NCBI GenBank assembly: GCA_039679545.1
Contig: JBDKUT010000125.1
Span: 1-46,572, forward strand
Source of the DNA: Thermotogota bacterium
Lineage (GTDB): Bacteria > Bipolaricaulota > Bipolaricaulia > UBA7950 > UBA9294
DNA: 46,572 bases
Direction of reading: 5' to 3'
Both the position numbers and the translations under genes were made by a program. The notes under the pieces are model-generated. The model was not told the origin of the DNA. It made no database searches and saw only the letters and a program-made list of their open reading frames with translations. Of the stretch, positions 1 to 10,354 are shown one piece after another (positions within the stretch are counted from its first letter, which is position 1; each line of letters opens with the position of its first letter).

Positions 1-224
1 CTGCTGACGCGTCCGCCCAAGATGGGCGGAACGAGCAACACGACAAGCACGAGTACGACGACGGCAATGAGAAAGGATACTACTAGCCAAAACTCTAGAG
101 GCTTGCGCGACTTCAGAGGCTTGCGCAACTTCGACGACTTCGCCGGGCGAGACTCCGAGCGCCGACCGAAAGGCCGCCAGCTTGCTCCGCTGCCGTCGGA
201 TTGATCTCGCGTTTGTGGTTCCAT
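1..224 (-). CDS. Partial hypothetical membrane protein, runs off the left edge
   Basis: Read manually: ATG at 224 gives MEPQTRDQSD...KLRKPLKSRKPLEFWLVVSFLIAVVVLVLVVLLVPPILGG, with a strong hydrophobic helix, open to position 1. Includes an 18-bp tandem duplication (97-114/115-132). Confidence 0.55.
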   Translation of the reverse strand, partial: MEPQTRDQSDGSGASWRPFGRRSESRPAKSSKLRKPLKSRKPLEFWLVVSFLIAVVVLVLVVLLVPPILGGRVS

Positions 225-566
225 GCCCTTCTTGGGTCCGCTCTCTAGACTGGTTTCGGATCCGGGCGTATCGCTCGCCGTCACGGCGGAACTCACCCGC
301 CTCGACACTCAGTATAGCATATCTACCTACGTGCTTTCTCTTCCTCTGATCATAGCCTTCATAAGCACGCGCACCAGGAGAGCCAAGGTAGTGCGGAATG
401 CAGTATGAAGACACGTCATACCGCGGCCGCCAAAAGGAAGCTCGTGCGCGGCACAATGCCGACCACACGAAGAAGCAATTTCAGCGGCGGAGGACGGTTC
501 GCCGATGACCGAACCGAGCTGCCGGCTACTCCTCCATATCCGGACACCTCGGCCTCGCAGTCCTCG

Positions 567-1502
567 CTACTCGCCGTAGTAGCCGATTCTGCGGTACGTG
601 CCCTCGGTCTCTTGCCAGTGCGGATCCTTGCCGCCGGATACCCAGATCGACTTGACGCGTTTCGTCCAGTTCCCGACGTCATCGTACGTGTACTCATACG
701 ATGTCTTCGTCGGCGCCGACGGGGAAGTGAAGACGATGAACCCCAGAGCCAATTGGCCCGACGTCTCCTCGAGCGTGACGCCCCCTCGAGCGTCGTACTC
801 GTACGTGGTTGTGTACGGCGAGCTCTCGGCGCCTTGGGAGTACAACGACACCTCGACGGGATGCCCCTTCGCGTCGAGCTTCTTGATGCTCCACGAGACG
901 AGCGCCTCGCTGGCGTCGTAGCGGTCAGCCCTCTCCGTTCCTGCGCTGTACGTGTAGACAAGCTTGGACGTGAGCGCCCCAGCCGCGTCGAACTCGGAGA
1001 CGGAGAGGAGTTTTCCGGCCGCGTCGCGTTCGTAGATGAGGGTCTTCTGCGGCTGCTTCCGACCGGAGCGGACCTCGGCCGTTGTTCGCTTGCCACCGTC
1101 CTCGTGGACGTACGTTGTCTCTTCGACGGCCCTCCCCGCCTCGCTCGTGACCTCTTCCTTCATCAGGAGGCCACTCTCGTAGGTGTACGCGTGGACGACG
1201 CCCGGCCCGCCCAGTCCGCCGTACTGAGTCCACTGCCGCAGAAGGCCGTCCTCGCCGAACCCCATCGTTTCCACCATGCCCCGAGGTCCCTCAACGGGTC
1301 CCGACGTACTCTCGAAGAGCTGTGCCGTCTCGACGGCGACCATCGCGACCTTTCCGACGAACCCGAGGTCCTGGCAAGAGATCTCGTGCAACGGGTCGGC
1401 CATCTCGTGGGTCGTCCAACCGATCCAGGGCAGGAAGACCATTGCCGCCGCGCACAGCCCTGCCGTCAGCCGCGTCCCACGTCTTGGCCTGTCCACGGTC
1501 AC
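567..1502 (-). CDS. Secreted YD/RHS-repeat-like protein
   Basis: N-terminal hydrophobic signal; repeated YxYD/E-xxG units (YTYESG, YERDAAG, YEYDARG, YEYTYDDVGNWTKR). Confidence 0.7.
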   Translation of the reverse strand: MTVDRPRRGTRLTAGLCAAAMVFLPWIGWTTHEMADPLHEISCQDLGFVGKVAMVAVETAQLFESTSGPVEGPRGMVETMGFGEDGLLRQWTQYGGLGGPGVVHAYTYESGLLMKEEVTSEAGRAVEETTYVHEDGGKRTTAEVRSGRKQPQKTLIYERDAAGKLLSVSEFDAAGALTSKLVYTYSAGTERADRYDASEALVSWSIKKLDAKGHPVEVSLYSQGAESSPYTTTYEYDARGGVTLEETSGQLALGFIVFTSPSAPTKTSYEYTYDDVGNWTKRVKSIWVSGGKDPHWQETEGTYRRIGYYGE

Positions 1503-1551
1503 CCCTTCGAGGCCGTCGAGCCGGCCCCATGCATCTGCGCTCTCCGATCCT

Positions 1552-2355
1552 CTACCGTCCCGCTGCGTCGGTCTTTCGAGCCTCCTGCATCCGCAAGATC
1601 GCGTCCTCGAGCGGCTTGAGAGACACCTCCTCCGACGAGTACTTCTCGTAGTAGCCGAAGGGGTTGTCGAGGTCGCCGATCAGGAGCAAGAGGAAGGCGA
1701 GAAGGAACACGATCACACCAACCAAGAAGAGCGACTCGAAAACCGGCCCCGTGTTCGAGAGGACCAGCGCAATCGATAGGAGAATGGTCGTCAGTTCGGC
1801 GATCAAGTACCCGGACGAAACGAACGACGTCTCACGGATCGTGTGGATCCGGACCAGGGCACGCCGTAGCGCGTGCTGCTCTTGTTTGATTCGCGCAATC
1901 GACGCTGCTTGGGCCGGCGACTCGAGCGCGAGGAGCCTGGGGCTCAGGTCGGTGAGCGCGTTCATGACTTCTGTCGTGCGGCGCTTCTTGTAGAACCAGT
2001 CTTGAATCGACACAGCGAGATCCCGGACGCCGTTGACCAGCGAGGTGTCGCCGTCCCCGCGGCGCGCCATGTCCGTCGCCTCGTTGTGCATGATCTCGAG
2101 CGACGATGCGAGCTCCCCCGGAAGCTTCTCGCTCTCCTTGAAGTCGGCGATCACGCCGCCGAGGAGGAATCCCATCAGGAAGACATCAGCCGCCACGAGG
2201 CCGGAAAGCAGCGCATTGAGCGACAACACTTCCCAGCCAAGCGCGTGCGCCCCTGCCTTCAGCGCGACCACGACCGCGACGACGACGAGTGCGCTCCCCA
2301 CGATGCGCGCATGCTTCCTCTCGATACGCCGGAACACGGCCCACCTCCGTCCCAA
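1552..2355 (-). CDS. Four-TM membrane protein, bestrophin-like/DUF4239-like
   Basis: Two TM pairs separated by a helical soluble domain; C-terminal DLDNPF motif. Confidence 0.6.
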   Translation of the reverse strand: MGRRWAVFRRIERKHARIVGSALVVVAVVVALKAGAHALGWEVLSLNALLSGLVAADVFLMGFLLGGVIADFKESEKLPGELASSLEIMHNEATDMARRGDGDTSLVNGVRDLAVSIQDWFYKKRRTTEVMNALTDLSPRLLALESPAQAASIARIKQEQHALRRALVRIHTIRETSFVSSGYLIAELTTILLSIALVLSNTGPVFESLFLVGVIVFLLAFLLLLIGDLDNPFGYYEKYSSEEVSLKPLEDAILRMQEARKTDAAGR

Positions 2356-2466
2356 ATCCCTCGCGGGCTCTAAGCTATCCGCACCCAGATTACACGGAAT
2401 GAGGATCGGAACCTAGCCCCTGGGACTCCAGCGTTTCCAGGAGCGAGCCAAGTTCGACGGCACTCG

Positions 2467-3876
2467 CTAACTCGTATGCTCGTAGAGAGGCCAACCGAGA
2501 TATGTCCCGAGGGCCTCGGCCAGGACTCCGGCAACCGACGCCTTGACCACGGCGGCGTGATGCTCGAACCCGCCGCGGACCATCACGTCGAGAAGCCCAG
2601 GGAGGTTCGGGATCTCGGCAACTCCGTACGCACCGAAGGTTTCGAGTTCCTGATCGAGGAACTGGCCCTCCGCAACGTACCCTTCGATCTGGCCGCACGC
2701 GTCGTTCGTCGACAAGCGGAAGAATGTCGCGGGCCCCGGTGCGATGCGCCCGACGCAGGTTCCGTACGTGTTCTCCTTGCCGACGTCGCCGGCGATAATC
2801 GCCTGGAACGACATGCAGGGAGAAACGAGATGACTCCTCGGCAGGTTGCTGCAGTGGAACGCGACGACCTTGTTCGGATCGTTACCGACGTTGTTGTTCC
2901 AATCCACGAGAGCGGCCGGCGATCCGGCAGCCAGCGCGAGCGCGCGCATCGAAAGCGCGCCCATGACGTCGGCCTCGCACGCGCTCGGAACGAGCCTCTC
3001 CGACAGCATGCTCATCGCCGTGCACGGCACGACTCCGTACAGCTTCTCGATCGCCGTCCAGCACTGGACGGCGATCGCATCGAGCGAACTCTGTTCCACC
3101 CACTCGGAGAGGACGAGCGACAACTTGGCCATCTTCTCGAGCGCCACGGCGGGGATGCCTTTGATGGAGACGTACCCGCGAATCCGCTCGACTTCCGCTC
3201 TAGCGGCCGCGACCGGACACGCCTCCGCCCGCGCGATGGCCTCCGCAAGATCGAGAGGCTCGACGCTGATTCCCGCCCCTTCGAGGATCTTCTCGCTGTA
3301 ACGCACCGTGTTGAACGCCGCGGGGCGCGTCCCGACAACACCAATTCGTGTTACCCGTAGCCCGTTGACGACGTCGCAGATCCGCCCGAACCGCTCGACG
3401 TCCTGCCGGAACACCTCGGAGTCCGGCTCCTCGACGTGGTGAGTCGTATTCGTGAACGGAATTCCATACTGGACCAGGTTGTTCGCGAGCGACAGCTTCC
3501 CGCAGAACGCGTCGCGTCGGTGGTCGATGTCGAGCTTGCCGGTGTCGTCGGGAAACGCGTGAACGAGGACCGGCACGTCGAGACGCGCGAGGCGCAACGT
3601 CTCCGCGACGGCCCGCTCGTCGCCGAAGTTGGGCAACGTCACGATCACGCCGTCGATCTCGTTGCCGTGCTTCTGGAAGAGCGCCGCACACTGCTCCGCG
3701 TCGGCGCGGGTCTCCACGGCGCCGTACGCCGTGTCGCCGGAGCCGAGCGCCACGGTCTTGTGCCCCATCACACGCATCCGTTGAAGGATCTCCTCACGGC
3801 CCTCCTCGACAAGCGAGTCCGGAAAGAAATTCCGATTTCCGACGACGATACCAAAAACCTTCCCTCCGCTGTTCAT
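2467..3876 (-). CDS. L-fucose/L-arabinose isomerase (FucI-like) family protein
   Basis: Motifs TLPNFGDE, RDAFCGK, QCW, SACEAD, DWNN, FEHH. Confidence 0.85.
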   Translation of the reverse strand: MNSGGKVFGIVVGNRNFFPDSLVEEGREEILQRMRVMGHKTVALGSGDTAYGAVETRADAEQCAALFQKHGNEIDGVIVTLPNFGDERAVAETLRLARLDVPVLVHAFPDDTGKLDIDHRRDAFCGKLSLANNLVQYGIPFTNTTHHVEEPDSEVFRQDVERFGRICDVVNGLRVTRIGVVGTRPAAFNTVRYSEKILEGAGISVEPLDLAEAIARAEACPVAAARAEVERIRGYVSIKGIPAVALEKMAKLSLVLSEWVEQSSLDAIAVQCWTAIEKLYGVVPCTAMSMLSERLVPSACEADVMGALSMRALALAAGSPAALVDWNNNVGNDPNKVVAFHCSNLPRSHLVSPCMSFQAIIAGDVGKENTYGTCVGRIAPGPATFFRLSTNDACGQIEGYVAEGQFLDQELETFGAYGVAEIPNLPGLLDVMVRGGFEHHAAVVKASVAGVLAEALGTYLGWPLYEHTS

Positions 3877-5426
3877 GCCTCCGCACCTCCGACCGCCGCA
3901 AGCTCGTGAATGTGGTCCTTTGTGTTCTCGTAGAACTCTCGGTACAGCGCGTAGGTCCGGTCGTAGACGCCCTTCGTTCCCGCGTCCGGTTCGTAGGTCT
4001 CTCCGGATCCGATCCAGTCGCGGATCACGCGATGGTCGTTGAACAAGCCGACGCCGATTCCAGCAAGCAGCGCGTCAGCCAGGGGCGCGCCGACACCCCC
4101 CGCGGGAATGACCATCCTCCGCCCCGTAACGTCAGCGAGGATCTGCATCCACAGCGGAGACTTGGCGGGCCCGCCAACCACGCAGGTTTCTGCCTTCAGG
4201 CGAAGGCCGATCGCCTCTCCAACCTCAATCGAATGGCGTAGGCTGTACGCGCCCGCCTCCATCATGGCCCGAAACACGTGGCCCTTCGTGTGGTACAAGC
4301 TCAGACCGAGCACCATCCCTCGCGCCAGCGGGTCCCACAAAGGTGCTCGCTCGCCCATGAAGTACGGGAGAACGACGAGCCCGTCCGATCCTGGCGGGAC
4401 TGCCTTTGCCTGAGAGTCCAGAAGCTGGTACGGGTCAACGCCCACCGCCTTGCCCTCGGCCACCTCCGCCGCTGCGAACTGGTCGCGGAACCAGTGGATG
4501 AGTCCGCCCGACGTCGCCGCGCCGCCCCAGGTGTAGATCTCCCGCTCCCCGTTGACGACGTGGGGCATGGACACCAGGTTCTTCGACAGCCGTTCGCCGT
4601 GGTGGATGACGCCCCAGCACGTCGAGGTCCCCATCATGGCGACGTTGTCCCCCTCCTCGATCGCTCCCGCACTCAGGGTCGCCATCGGCGCATCAATGCC
4701 CCCCGCGACGACCGGCGTCCCGACAGCCAGACCGTAGATTCGCGACGCGCGCGTCGTGACCTCGCCGATCGGGGCCGTCGAGGCCACGAGCGTCTCGGGC
4801 ATCGTCTCGAGGGGAATGCCGAGGGCGGCCGACATCTCTTCGGACCAGCGCAGACGGTGGATGTCGAACAACCCGCCAAGGTTTCCTGCCGACGAGTAGT
4901 CCAGAGCCAACGCACCGGTCAGGCGGTACGCGACGTACGTCGACGGGGGCACGAACTTGTGCACGCGCCTCCAGACTTGAGGCTCGTTCCGCTTAAGCCA
5001 CAGGATCTTCGGATACCCAAAGTAGGTGTCGACGAAGTTGCCGGTGACGTCGAACATTCGATCCACGTCGACGTGTTCCCGGATCCAGGCCACGTCTTCG
5101 GTTGCGCGTCGATCCATCCAGATCAGGCACGGCCTCAATGGCTTCATGGCGGCATCGACGGGAATGCCCGATCCGCCGTACAGTCCGCTGATGCCCACGC
5201 CGGCGACCTCATCGCCGGTCACGCCGGCCGCGGCCAGACTCCCTCGGATCGCCGAACAGACAGCGTCCTCCCACACCTGCGGCCACTGCTCGGCCCACGA
5301 GGGATGCGGTTGCTCGATGCCGTACTCCACGAGCGCGTCGCCGAGGACCCGCCCATCCAGGGCGACGACGACGCTCTTCGTGGCGAACGTCCCGATGTCG
5401 ACTCCGACCAGACACCGCCTAGACAT
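3873..5426 (-). CDS. FGGY-family carbohydrate (pentulose) kinase
   Basis: GVDIGT..TK, WAEQ, LIWMDRR, GGIDA, LPYFMGERAPLWDP; 4-nt overlap with isomerase start. Confidence 0.9.
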   Translation of the reverse strand: MSRRCLVGVDIGTFATKSVVVALDGRVLGDALVEYGIEQPHPSWAEQWPQVWEDAVCSAIRGSLAAAGVTGDEVAGVGISGLYGGSGIPVDAAMKPLRPCLIWMDRRATEDVAWIREHVDVDRMFDVTGNFVDTYFGYPKILWLKRNEPQVWRRVHKFVPPSTYVAYRLTGALALDYSSAGNLGGLFDIHRLRWSEEMSAALGIPLETMPETLVASTAPIGEVTTRASRIYGLAVGTPVVAGGIDAPMATLSAGAIEEGDNVAMMGTSTCWGVIHHGERLSKNLVSMPHVVNGEREIYTWGGAATSGGLIHWFRDQFAAAEVAEGKAVGVDPYQLLDSQAKAVPPGSDGLVVLPYFMGERAPLWDPLARGMVLGLSLYHTKGHVFRAMMEAGAYSLRHSIEVGEAIGLRLKAETCVVGGPAKSPLWMQILADVTGRRMVIPAGGVGAPLADALLAGIGVGLFNDHRVIRDWIGSGETYEPDAGTKGVYDRTYALYREFYENTKDHIHELAAVGGAEA

Positions 5427-5446
5427 GAGCTACACCCTCTCTCCTC

Positions 5447-6097
5447 TCATCGCGATCCCTGCCCGTACCCGTTCGAGTACTTCGCGTGGAGCCGCCGGAC
5501 TTCATCCGCGGGCAGAGGCTCCGGGCTCCCGAGGCGCTCCGCCCAGACGGAGACCTCGGCCGAGTGCTCGACGAGGCGCGCCGCCGCCAGCGCGTCGGTC
5601 GGCGTGAATCCGGCCGTGAAGACTCCATGATTCCGCATCAAGAGCGCGCGGTACCGGCCCGCCGCGGTGCGGGTGGCGAACTCTTCTCCGATCCGCTCGT
5701 CGGCGGGCGGGATGTACTCCGAAACCGGAATGGGTCCCCCGAACAGGTCGGCGAGTTCCGTAACGTAGACGGGAAGGGGACGGCCGAGAACCGCAAAGAC
5801 GGTCGCGTACGTGGAATGGGTGTGGACGACGCCGCCGACGTCCCCGCACGCCCGATAGATCCAAAGGTGGGCCAGCGTGTCGACCGAAGGCTTGAGCGTT
5901 CCCTCGACGCGCCGGCCCGCCAAGTCGACAACGACGAGCCGATCGGGCGTGAGCGTGGCGTAGTCGATGCCGCTCGGCTTGATGACCACGCAATCTCCGT
6001 CCCGCCCGCTGACGTTGCCACTGGTCCCCGCAACGAGTCCGCTCTGCGCAAGCTCCTTGAGCGCCTTCCACACCTCTTGCTTCAGGCTGTCAAGCAC
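5447..6097 (-). CDS. araD: Class II aldolase/adducin family protein, L-ribulose-5-phosphate 4-epimerase-like
   Basis: GTSGNVS, IKPSG, KPSVDT (Asp as in AraD rather than the Glu of FucA), HTHS, MRNHG. Confidence 0.7.
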   Translation of the reverse strand: MLDSLKQEVWKALKELAQSGLVAGTSGNVSGRDGDCVVIKPSGIDYATLTPDRLVVVDLAGRRVEGTLKPSVDTLAHLWIYRACGDVGGVVHTHSTYATVFAVLGRPLPVYVTELADLFGGPIPVSEYIPPADERIGEEFATRTAAGRYRALLMRNHGVFTAGFTPTDALAAARLVEHSAEVSVWAERLGSPEPLPADEVRRLHAKYSNGYGQGSR

Positions 6098-6136
6098 CCA
6101 GATCCCTCCTCTTCTCTCGACGTGCCGTCCTCGCGC

Positions 6137-8101
6137 CTAGACTTCGCCGATCCACACCAGCATCTCGCCCGGTTTGCGGTTTCCCCACGCGTAGTACGGA
6201 ATCGCCCGCACGACCACATCCTCGCGCGCCGGCTCCTCCGCGGAGTAGAGCGGAGCCGTGGGAGTCACCGCGCGCCGCCGGCACCCCGCGAACGATACGA
6301 CCGGCACGTCGCCCAGGGCCCTCATCTGCCCGTCCACGGAAAGCCGCGCGTCACGCGGCAACGCGATCGCCGGGAGATTCGGCCCGTTGTCCACTTCCTC
6401 AAGACAGTAGACAATCGGCCCGCGTTGCAAAGCTACCCTTCCCGCGTCCTCGCGGACCTCGGGACGTGCATGGATCCGCTCAACCGGCATCGGCAGTTCC
6501 AGCCGGATCGTGTCGCCTGCACGCCAGCACCGCGTGATCGTGGCGTACCCCTTCCGGCTCACGGAGTCTACAGCGACCGGTTTCCCGTTCACCGAGAGCT
6601 GCGGAGCCGTACACCATCCCGGAAGGCGCAACGCCACGCTGAACTCGGTGTCTTTCTCAAGAGTGAGTTTCACATCGACAACTCCGGCCCATGGGTAGTC
6701 CGTCGTCTGAGCCAGCACTACCGACTGCCCTCCGACGGAGAAGCGGCCTTCGCTCCCGACGTAGAGGTGAACGTAGATCGCGTCATCGCTCTCGGAGTAG
6801 ACGTACCGGCCGAGCGACGCAAACAGCCGAGCGACGTTCGGTGGGCAGCAGGCGCAGCCGAACCACGGCTGACGGACGGGAAGCACGTGCGCGTGATCCT
6901 GCCGCTTCTCACACGCGGCAGGCCACACCTCGAGTGGGTTGACGTAGAAGTAGGCCCGCCCGTTGAGGGAGATCCCGGACAAGACACCATTGTAGAGCGC
7001 CCGCTCCATGGCATCCGCATACTCCCGATCGACATCCAGCTGGAGCATCCGATGCGCCCAGAAGACGAGACCAATCGCAGCGCAGGTCTCCGTGTACGCC
7101 GTGTCGTTGGGCAAGTCGAAGTCGAACGTGAACGCCTCACCCTGCTCGGCCGAACCGATCCCGCCGGTGAGGTACATCTGGCGCCGGGTGAGGTTCTCCC
7201 ACAGCCTTCGGCATGCTTCGTGGAGCGTTATGTCGTTCGTCTCGTACGCGATGTCGGCCATGCCGCTGTAGAGGTACATGGCCCGAACTGCATGGCCCAC
7301 GACCGCGGTCTGTTCGCGCACGGGGAGATGCGACTGGTTGTACGTCTTGTCGTAAGGCTTCTCGCGCACTTCCTGCCGCTCCCTCGCCTCAAGGTCGTAG
7401 TAGTGCGGTTCGGCGCCGCGCTCGTTGATGAAGTACTCACTCAAGCGAAGGTAGCGGATCTCTCCCGTGACCCGGTAGAGCTTAACCAGCGCCAACTCGA
7501 GCTCTTCATGTCCGGGATAGGCCCTCTTCTTCCCGGGCTGCGGCCCGAACTGCGAGTCGATGTGATCAACCAGCCGGCATACGACATCCAGGAGCGCCCG
7601 CTTTCCGGTCGCTTCGAAGTAGGCAACCCCGGCCTCAACCATGTGCCCCGCGCAGTACATCTCGTGGCGATCGCGGATGTTCGTCCAGCGCTTGTCGGGC
7701 TCCTTGACCGTGAAGTACGAGTCCAGGTACCCGTCCGGCTGCTGTGCCTTTGCGACCACGTCGATGACTCGATCGGCGAGCGCTTCGAGTTCCGCGTTCC
7801 TCCGGTGGCTGAGGGAGTACCCGACCGCCTCAAGCCACTTGGCGATGTCGCTGTCCTGGAAGACATATCCGTAGAACTCCCCTGTCGCTTGGCCCGCGGC
7901 GATCCGAAGGTTCTCGAAGGCGTGGCTCCGGGGCGCGCCGGGAACTCGGTCGTTCAGCGCTTCCCACTGGTAGGGAAGGATCTCCACACCCACTTGAGCC
8001 AGACGGGGAGCCCAGAACTTGTCGCAGATCGTCACCCTGTCGAGCGGCACGGCCCGGCAGTGACTCCCCTCAGAAGGCGGTCGAACGGACTTCTTCGGCA
8101 T
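6137..8101 (-). CDS. GH127 beta-L-arabinofuranosidase (HypBA1-like)
   Basis: Start reassigned to ATG 8101 (RBS GAAGGAG). Motifs FQDSD..KWLE, HEMYCAGH, YPGHEE, GHAVRAMY, GEAF, YTETCA, CACCPPN (Zn/Cys nucleophile site). Confidence 0.92.
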   Translation of the reverse strand: MPKKSVRPPSEGSHCRAVPLDRVTICDKFWAPRLAQVGVEILPYQWEALNDRVPGAPRSHAFENLRIAAGQATGEFYGYVFQDSDIAKWLEAVGYSLSHRRNAELEALADRVIDVVAKAQQPDGYLDSYFTVKEPDKRWTNIRDRHEMYCAGHMVEAGVAYFEATGKRALLDVVCRLVDHIDSQFGPQPGKKRAYPGHEELELALVKLYRVTGEIRYLRLSEYFINERGAEPHYYDLEARERQEVREKPYDKTYNQSHLPVREQTAVVGHAVRAMYLYSGMADIAYETNDITLHEACRRLWENLTRRQMYLTGGIGSAEQGEAFTFDFDLPNDTAYTETCAAIGLVFWAHRMLQLDVDREYADAMERALYNGVLSGISLNGRAYFYVNPLEVWPAACEKRQDHAHVLPVRQPWFGCACCPPNVARLFASLGRYVYSESDDAIYVHLYVGSEGRFSVGGQSVVLAQTTDYPWAGVVDVKLTLEKDTEFSVALRLPGWCTAPQLSVNGKPVAVDSVSRKGYATITRCWRAGDTIRLELPMPVERIHARPEVREDAGRVALQRGPIVYCLEEVDNGPNLPAIALPRDARLSVDGQMRALGDVPVVSFAGCRRRAVTPTAPLYSAEEPAREDVVVRAIPYYAWGNRKPGEMLVWIGEV

Positions 8102-8187
8102 CGCAACTCCTTCGTACGAATCGTCGGGGAGCACTGTGAAGTGCGCTCCGAGGACCTTTTCTTCCCGTGCGGCTGCTTGTCTCCACG

Positions 8188-9348
8188 TCAGAACCTCGAG
8201 AACGGATCCGCCGCGTCCCGCAATCCGTCGCCGAGGAAGCTCAAGGCGAGGACCGTGATCATGATGAAGAGCCCCGGAATGAGGAGCCACTGCTGCTGAG
8301 CAAGAGTCTGGATGTTCTGTGCCTTCTGGAGGAGCGCTCCCCACGTCGCCATCGGAGGCTGCACGCCGAGACCGAGGAAGCTGAGCGTACTCTCGCCGAT
8401 CATCAGTCCCGGCACGGCGGTTGTGATCGAGACGATGATGTGGCTCATCGCCTGGGGCAGCACATGCCGGAAGATGATCCGCCCCCGCCCGACCCCGATC
8501 GCTCGCGCCGCCGTAACGTATTCCTCCTCCCGGAGCGCAAGAACCTTCCCTCGAACTTCTCGCGCGATGCCGGGCCAGCCGAGCAACGCGAAGATCAGCG
8601 TGATGGCGTAGATCGTGTTGATCGGGTCCCAGTTCCGCGGCAGCGCGGCGCTCAGCGCCATCCACAGAGGAAGAGCGGGGAAGCACAAGAGGACCTCAAT
8701 GAACCGCTGGATCACCGCGTCCGGCGCCCCTGAGAGGTATCCCGACACCGTCCCGACCATCGCCCCAAACAGTCCGCTCAGGAAGCCCGCCCCGATAGCG
8801 ATCAACAGCGTCAGCCGCCCGCCGAAGAGAATTCGCGACCAGAGGTCGCGTCCATGCTGGTCCGTCCCGAACAGGTAGAGTGTTCCGCCCTCGCTCGCCT
8901 GAGCCAGATGGAGGTTGGTCTTAATGAACCCGAAGACCGTGTAGTTCCACCCCCGCGCGAAGAACCGAATCGGATACGCCACGCTCTTGTCCTCGGAGTA
9001 GCGGAGCCGGAGCGTCACCGGGTCGGTCTCCTTCACGATCCGGTACGTGAACGGACGGAAGTGGAATCGCCCGTCAGAGTCAATGAAGTGAATCCTCTGC
9101 GGAGGGCAGTACGAGTAGCGGAGGTTTCCCTGATCCGCAGCGTAGGGAGCAAAGAACGGCGCGAAGATCACCCCGATCAGGAGCGCCGCAAGGAGAACAC
9201 CGCCGGCGATCGCCAGCTTGTGGCGACGGAATTTCCGCCACATGAGGTGGAAGGACCCGTGCGAAGCCGGCATCCCAACGTTCGCATCGTTCGTGCTGTC
9301 GGGGATGCGTCGGATCTCGTCGTTCGCGTGGGATCGTCGTCTACTCAT
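8188..9348 (-). CDS. ABC transporter permease, OppC/DppC type
   Basis: Start reassigned to ATG 9348; FGTDQHGRD, EAA-like loop EYVTAARAIG, ESTLSFLGLG. Confidence 0.9.
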   Translation of the reverse strand: MSRRRSHANDEIRRIPDSTNDANVGMPASHGSFHLMWRKFRRHKLAIAGGVLLAALLIGVIFAPFFAPYAADQGNLRYSYCPPQRIHFIDSDGRFHFRPFTYRIVKETDPVTLRLRYSEDKSVAYPIRFFARGWNYTVFGFIKTNLHLAQASEGGTLYLFGTDQHGRDLWSRILFGGRLTLLIAIGAGFLSGLFGAMVGTVSGYLSGAPDAVIQRFIEVLLCFPALPLWMALSAALPRNWDPINTIYAITLIFALLGWPGIAREVRGKVLALREEEYVTAARAIGVGRGRIIFRHVLPQAMSHIIVSITTAVPGLMIGESTLSFLGLGVQPPMATWGALLQKAQNIQTLAQQQWLLIPGLFIMITVLALSFLGDGLRDAADPFSRF

Positions 9349-10336
9349 ATCGAATCCTCGGGTCCACCCACGCCAGCGCCACGTCGGCGAAGATGTTGCA
9401 GACCACCATGAGAACGGAAATGAGGAACAGGAAGGACCCGGCGAGGTACATGTCCTGGTCCTGCAACGCCAAGAGGAGCATCGGTCCGGTGGTGGGCAAT
9501 CCCAGGACAATGCTCGTCGCGATCTCGCCCTGGATCAGCCAGGGGAGGCTCATGCTGATGTGCATGATCAGCGGGTGGATCGCGTTCCGCACCGCATGAC
9601 GGTTCACCACCACGCGTTCCTTCAGTCCCTTGGCACGGGCCACCCGCACGTACTGCGCGCCGAGCACGTCGAGCAGGTTGGCGCGCATCGCCCGCATATT
9701 CCACGCCGTTCCCCCCGTACCAACGATCACCACAGGCACCCAGAAGTGTTTCATGAAGTCGACGAACTTCGCCCAACTCCACGGCCGGAGAGCCATGTCG
9801 AGCGAGAAGAGCCCTCCGATGTTCCGGACTCCTCCATAAAAGATGAGCAAGTACATGATCACCAGGGCCAGGAAGAAGCTCGGCATGGACAGTCCCCAGA
9901 AGGAGAAGAACGACACGGCGTAGTCCGCCACGCTGTACTGGTGCGTGGCCGAGTAGATGCCCGGAAGGATCCCGAAGATGAGTGAGAAGAGGAGAGCGGA
10001 CACGGAGATGAGAATCGTCCATCCCAGGCGCGGCGCGATCACCTCCGCGACGGGTCTGCGATAGCGAAGCGAGTAGCCGAAGTCTCCCTTCAGGATTCCG
10101 GCAAGCCAGCTACCGTACTGGACGATCATCGGTCGGTCGAGTCCGTACTGAGTTCGGAGCTGCTCGGCGAGCTGAGCGGCGTCTTCGCGGCTCATGCCCC
10201 CGATGCGGATCAGCTGCTGCTCGAGCGCGCTTCCGAAGTCACCCGGCGGCAGCGTGATGACCACGAACGAGACGAACGAGATCATCAACACCGTGAGCGC
10301 GCCGGCCAGCAAGCGCTTGATCAAGTACCCGCCCAT
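9341..10336 (-). CDS. ABC transporter permease, OppB/DppB type
   Basis: YLIKRLL, YGLDRP, GDFGYS, YVRVARAKGL, HAVRNA. Confidence 0.92.
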   Translation of the reverse strand: MGGYLIKRLLAGALTVLMISFVSFVVITLPPGDFGSALEQQLIRIGGMSREDAAQLAEQLRTQYGLDRPMIVQYGSWLAGILKGDFGYSLRYRRPVAEVIAPRLGWTILISVSALLFSLIFGILPGIYSATHQYSVADYAVSFFSFWGLSMPSFFLALVIMYLLIFYGGVRNIGGLFSLDMALRPWSWAKFVDFMKHFWVPVVIVGTGGTAWNMRAMRANLLDVLGAQYVRVARAKGLKERVVVNRHAVRNAIHPLIMHISMSLPWLIQGEIATSIVLGLPTTGPMLLLALQDQDMYLAGSFLFLISVLMVVCNIFADVALAWVDPRIRYE

Positions 10337-10354
10337 GCTCCTCCCGACGCCCCG

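Noticed and set aside
97..132. 18-bp tandem duplication
   Set aside because: In-frame coding microduplication (KLRKPL/KSRKPL) in a low-complexity N-terminus; no sign of a separate function.
5486..8299. 937-aa plus-strand ORF, and similar long antisense ORFs (405-1619, 11564-12970, 14806-16398, 18998-20551, 30398-31804)
   Set aside because: Shadow frames opposite well-supported genes in high-GC DNA; Arg/Pro-rich with no motifs.
8102..8686. N-terminal extension making GH127 849 aa
   Set aside because: Overlaps the permease gene in another frame; a clear RBS and ATG exist at 8101.
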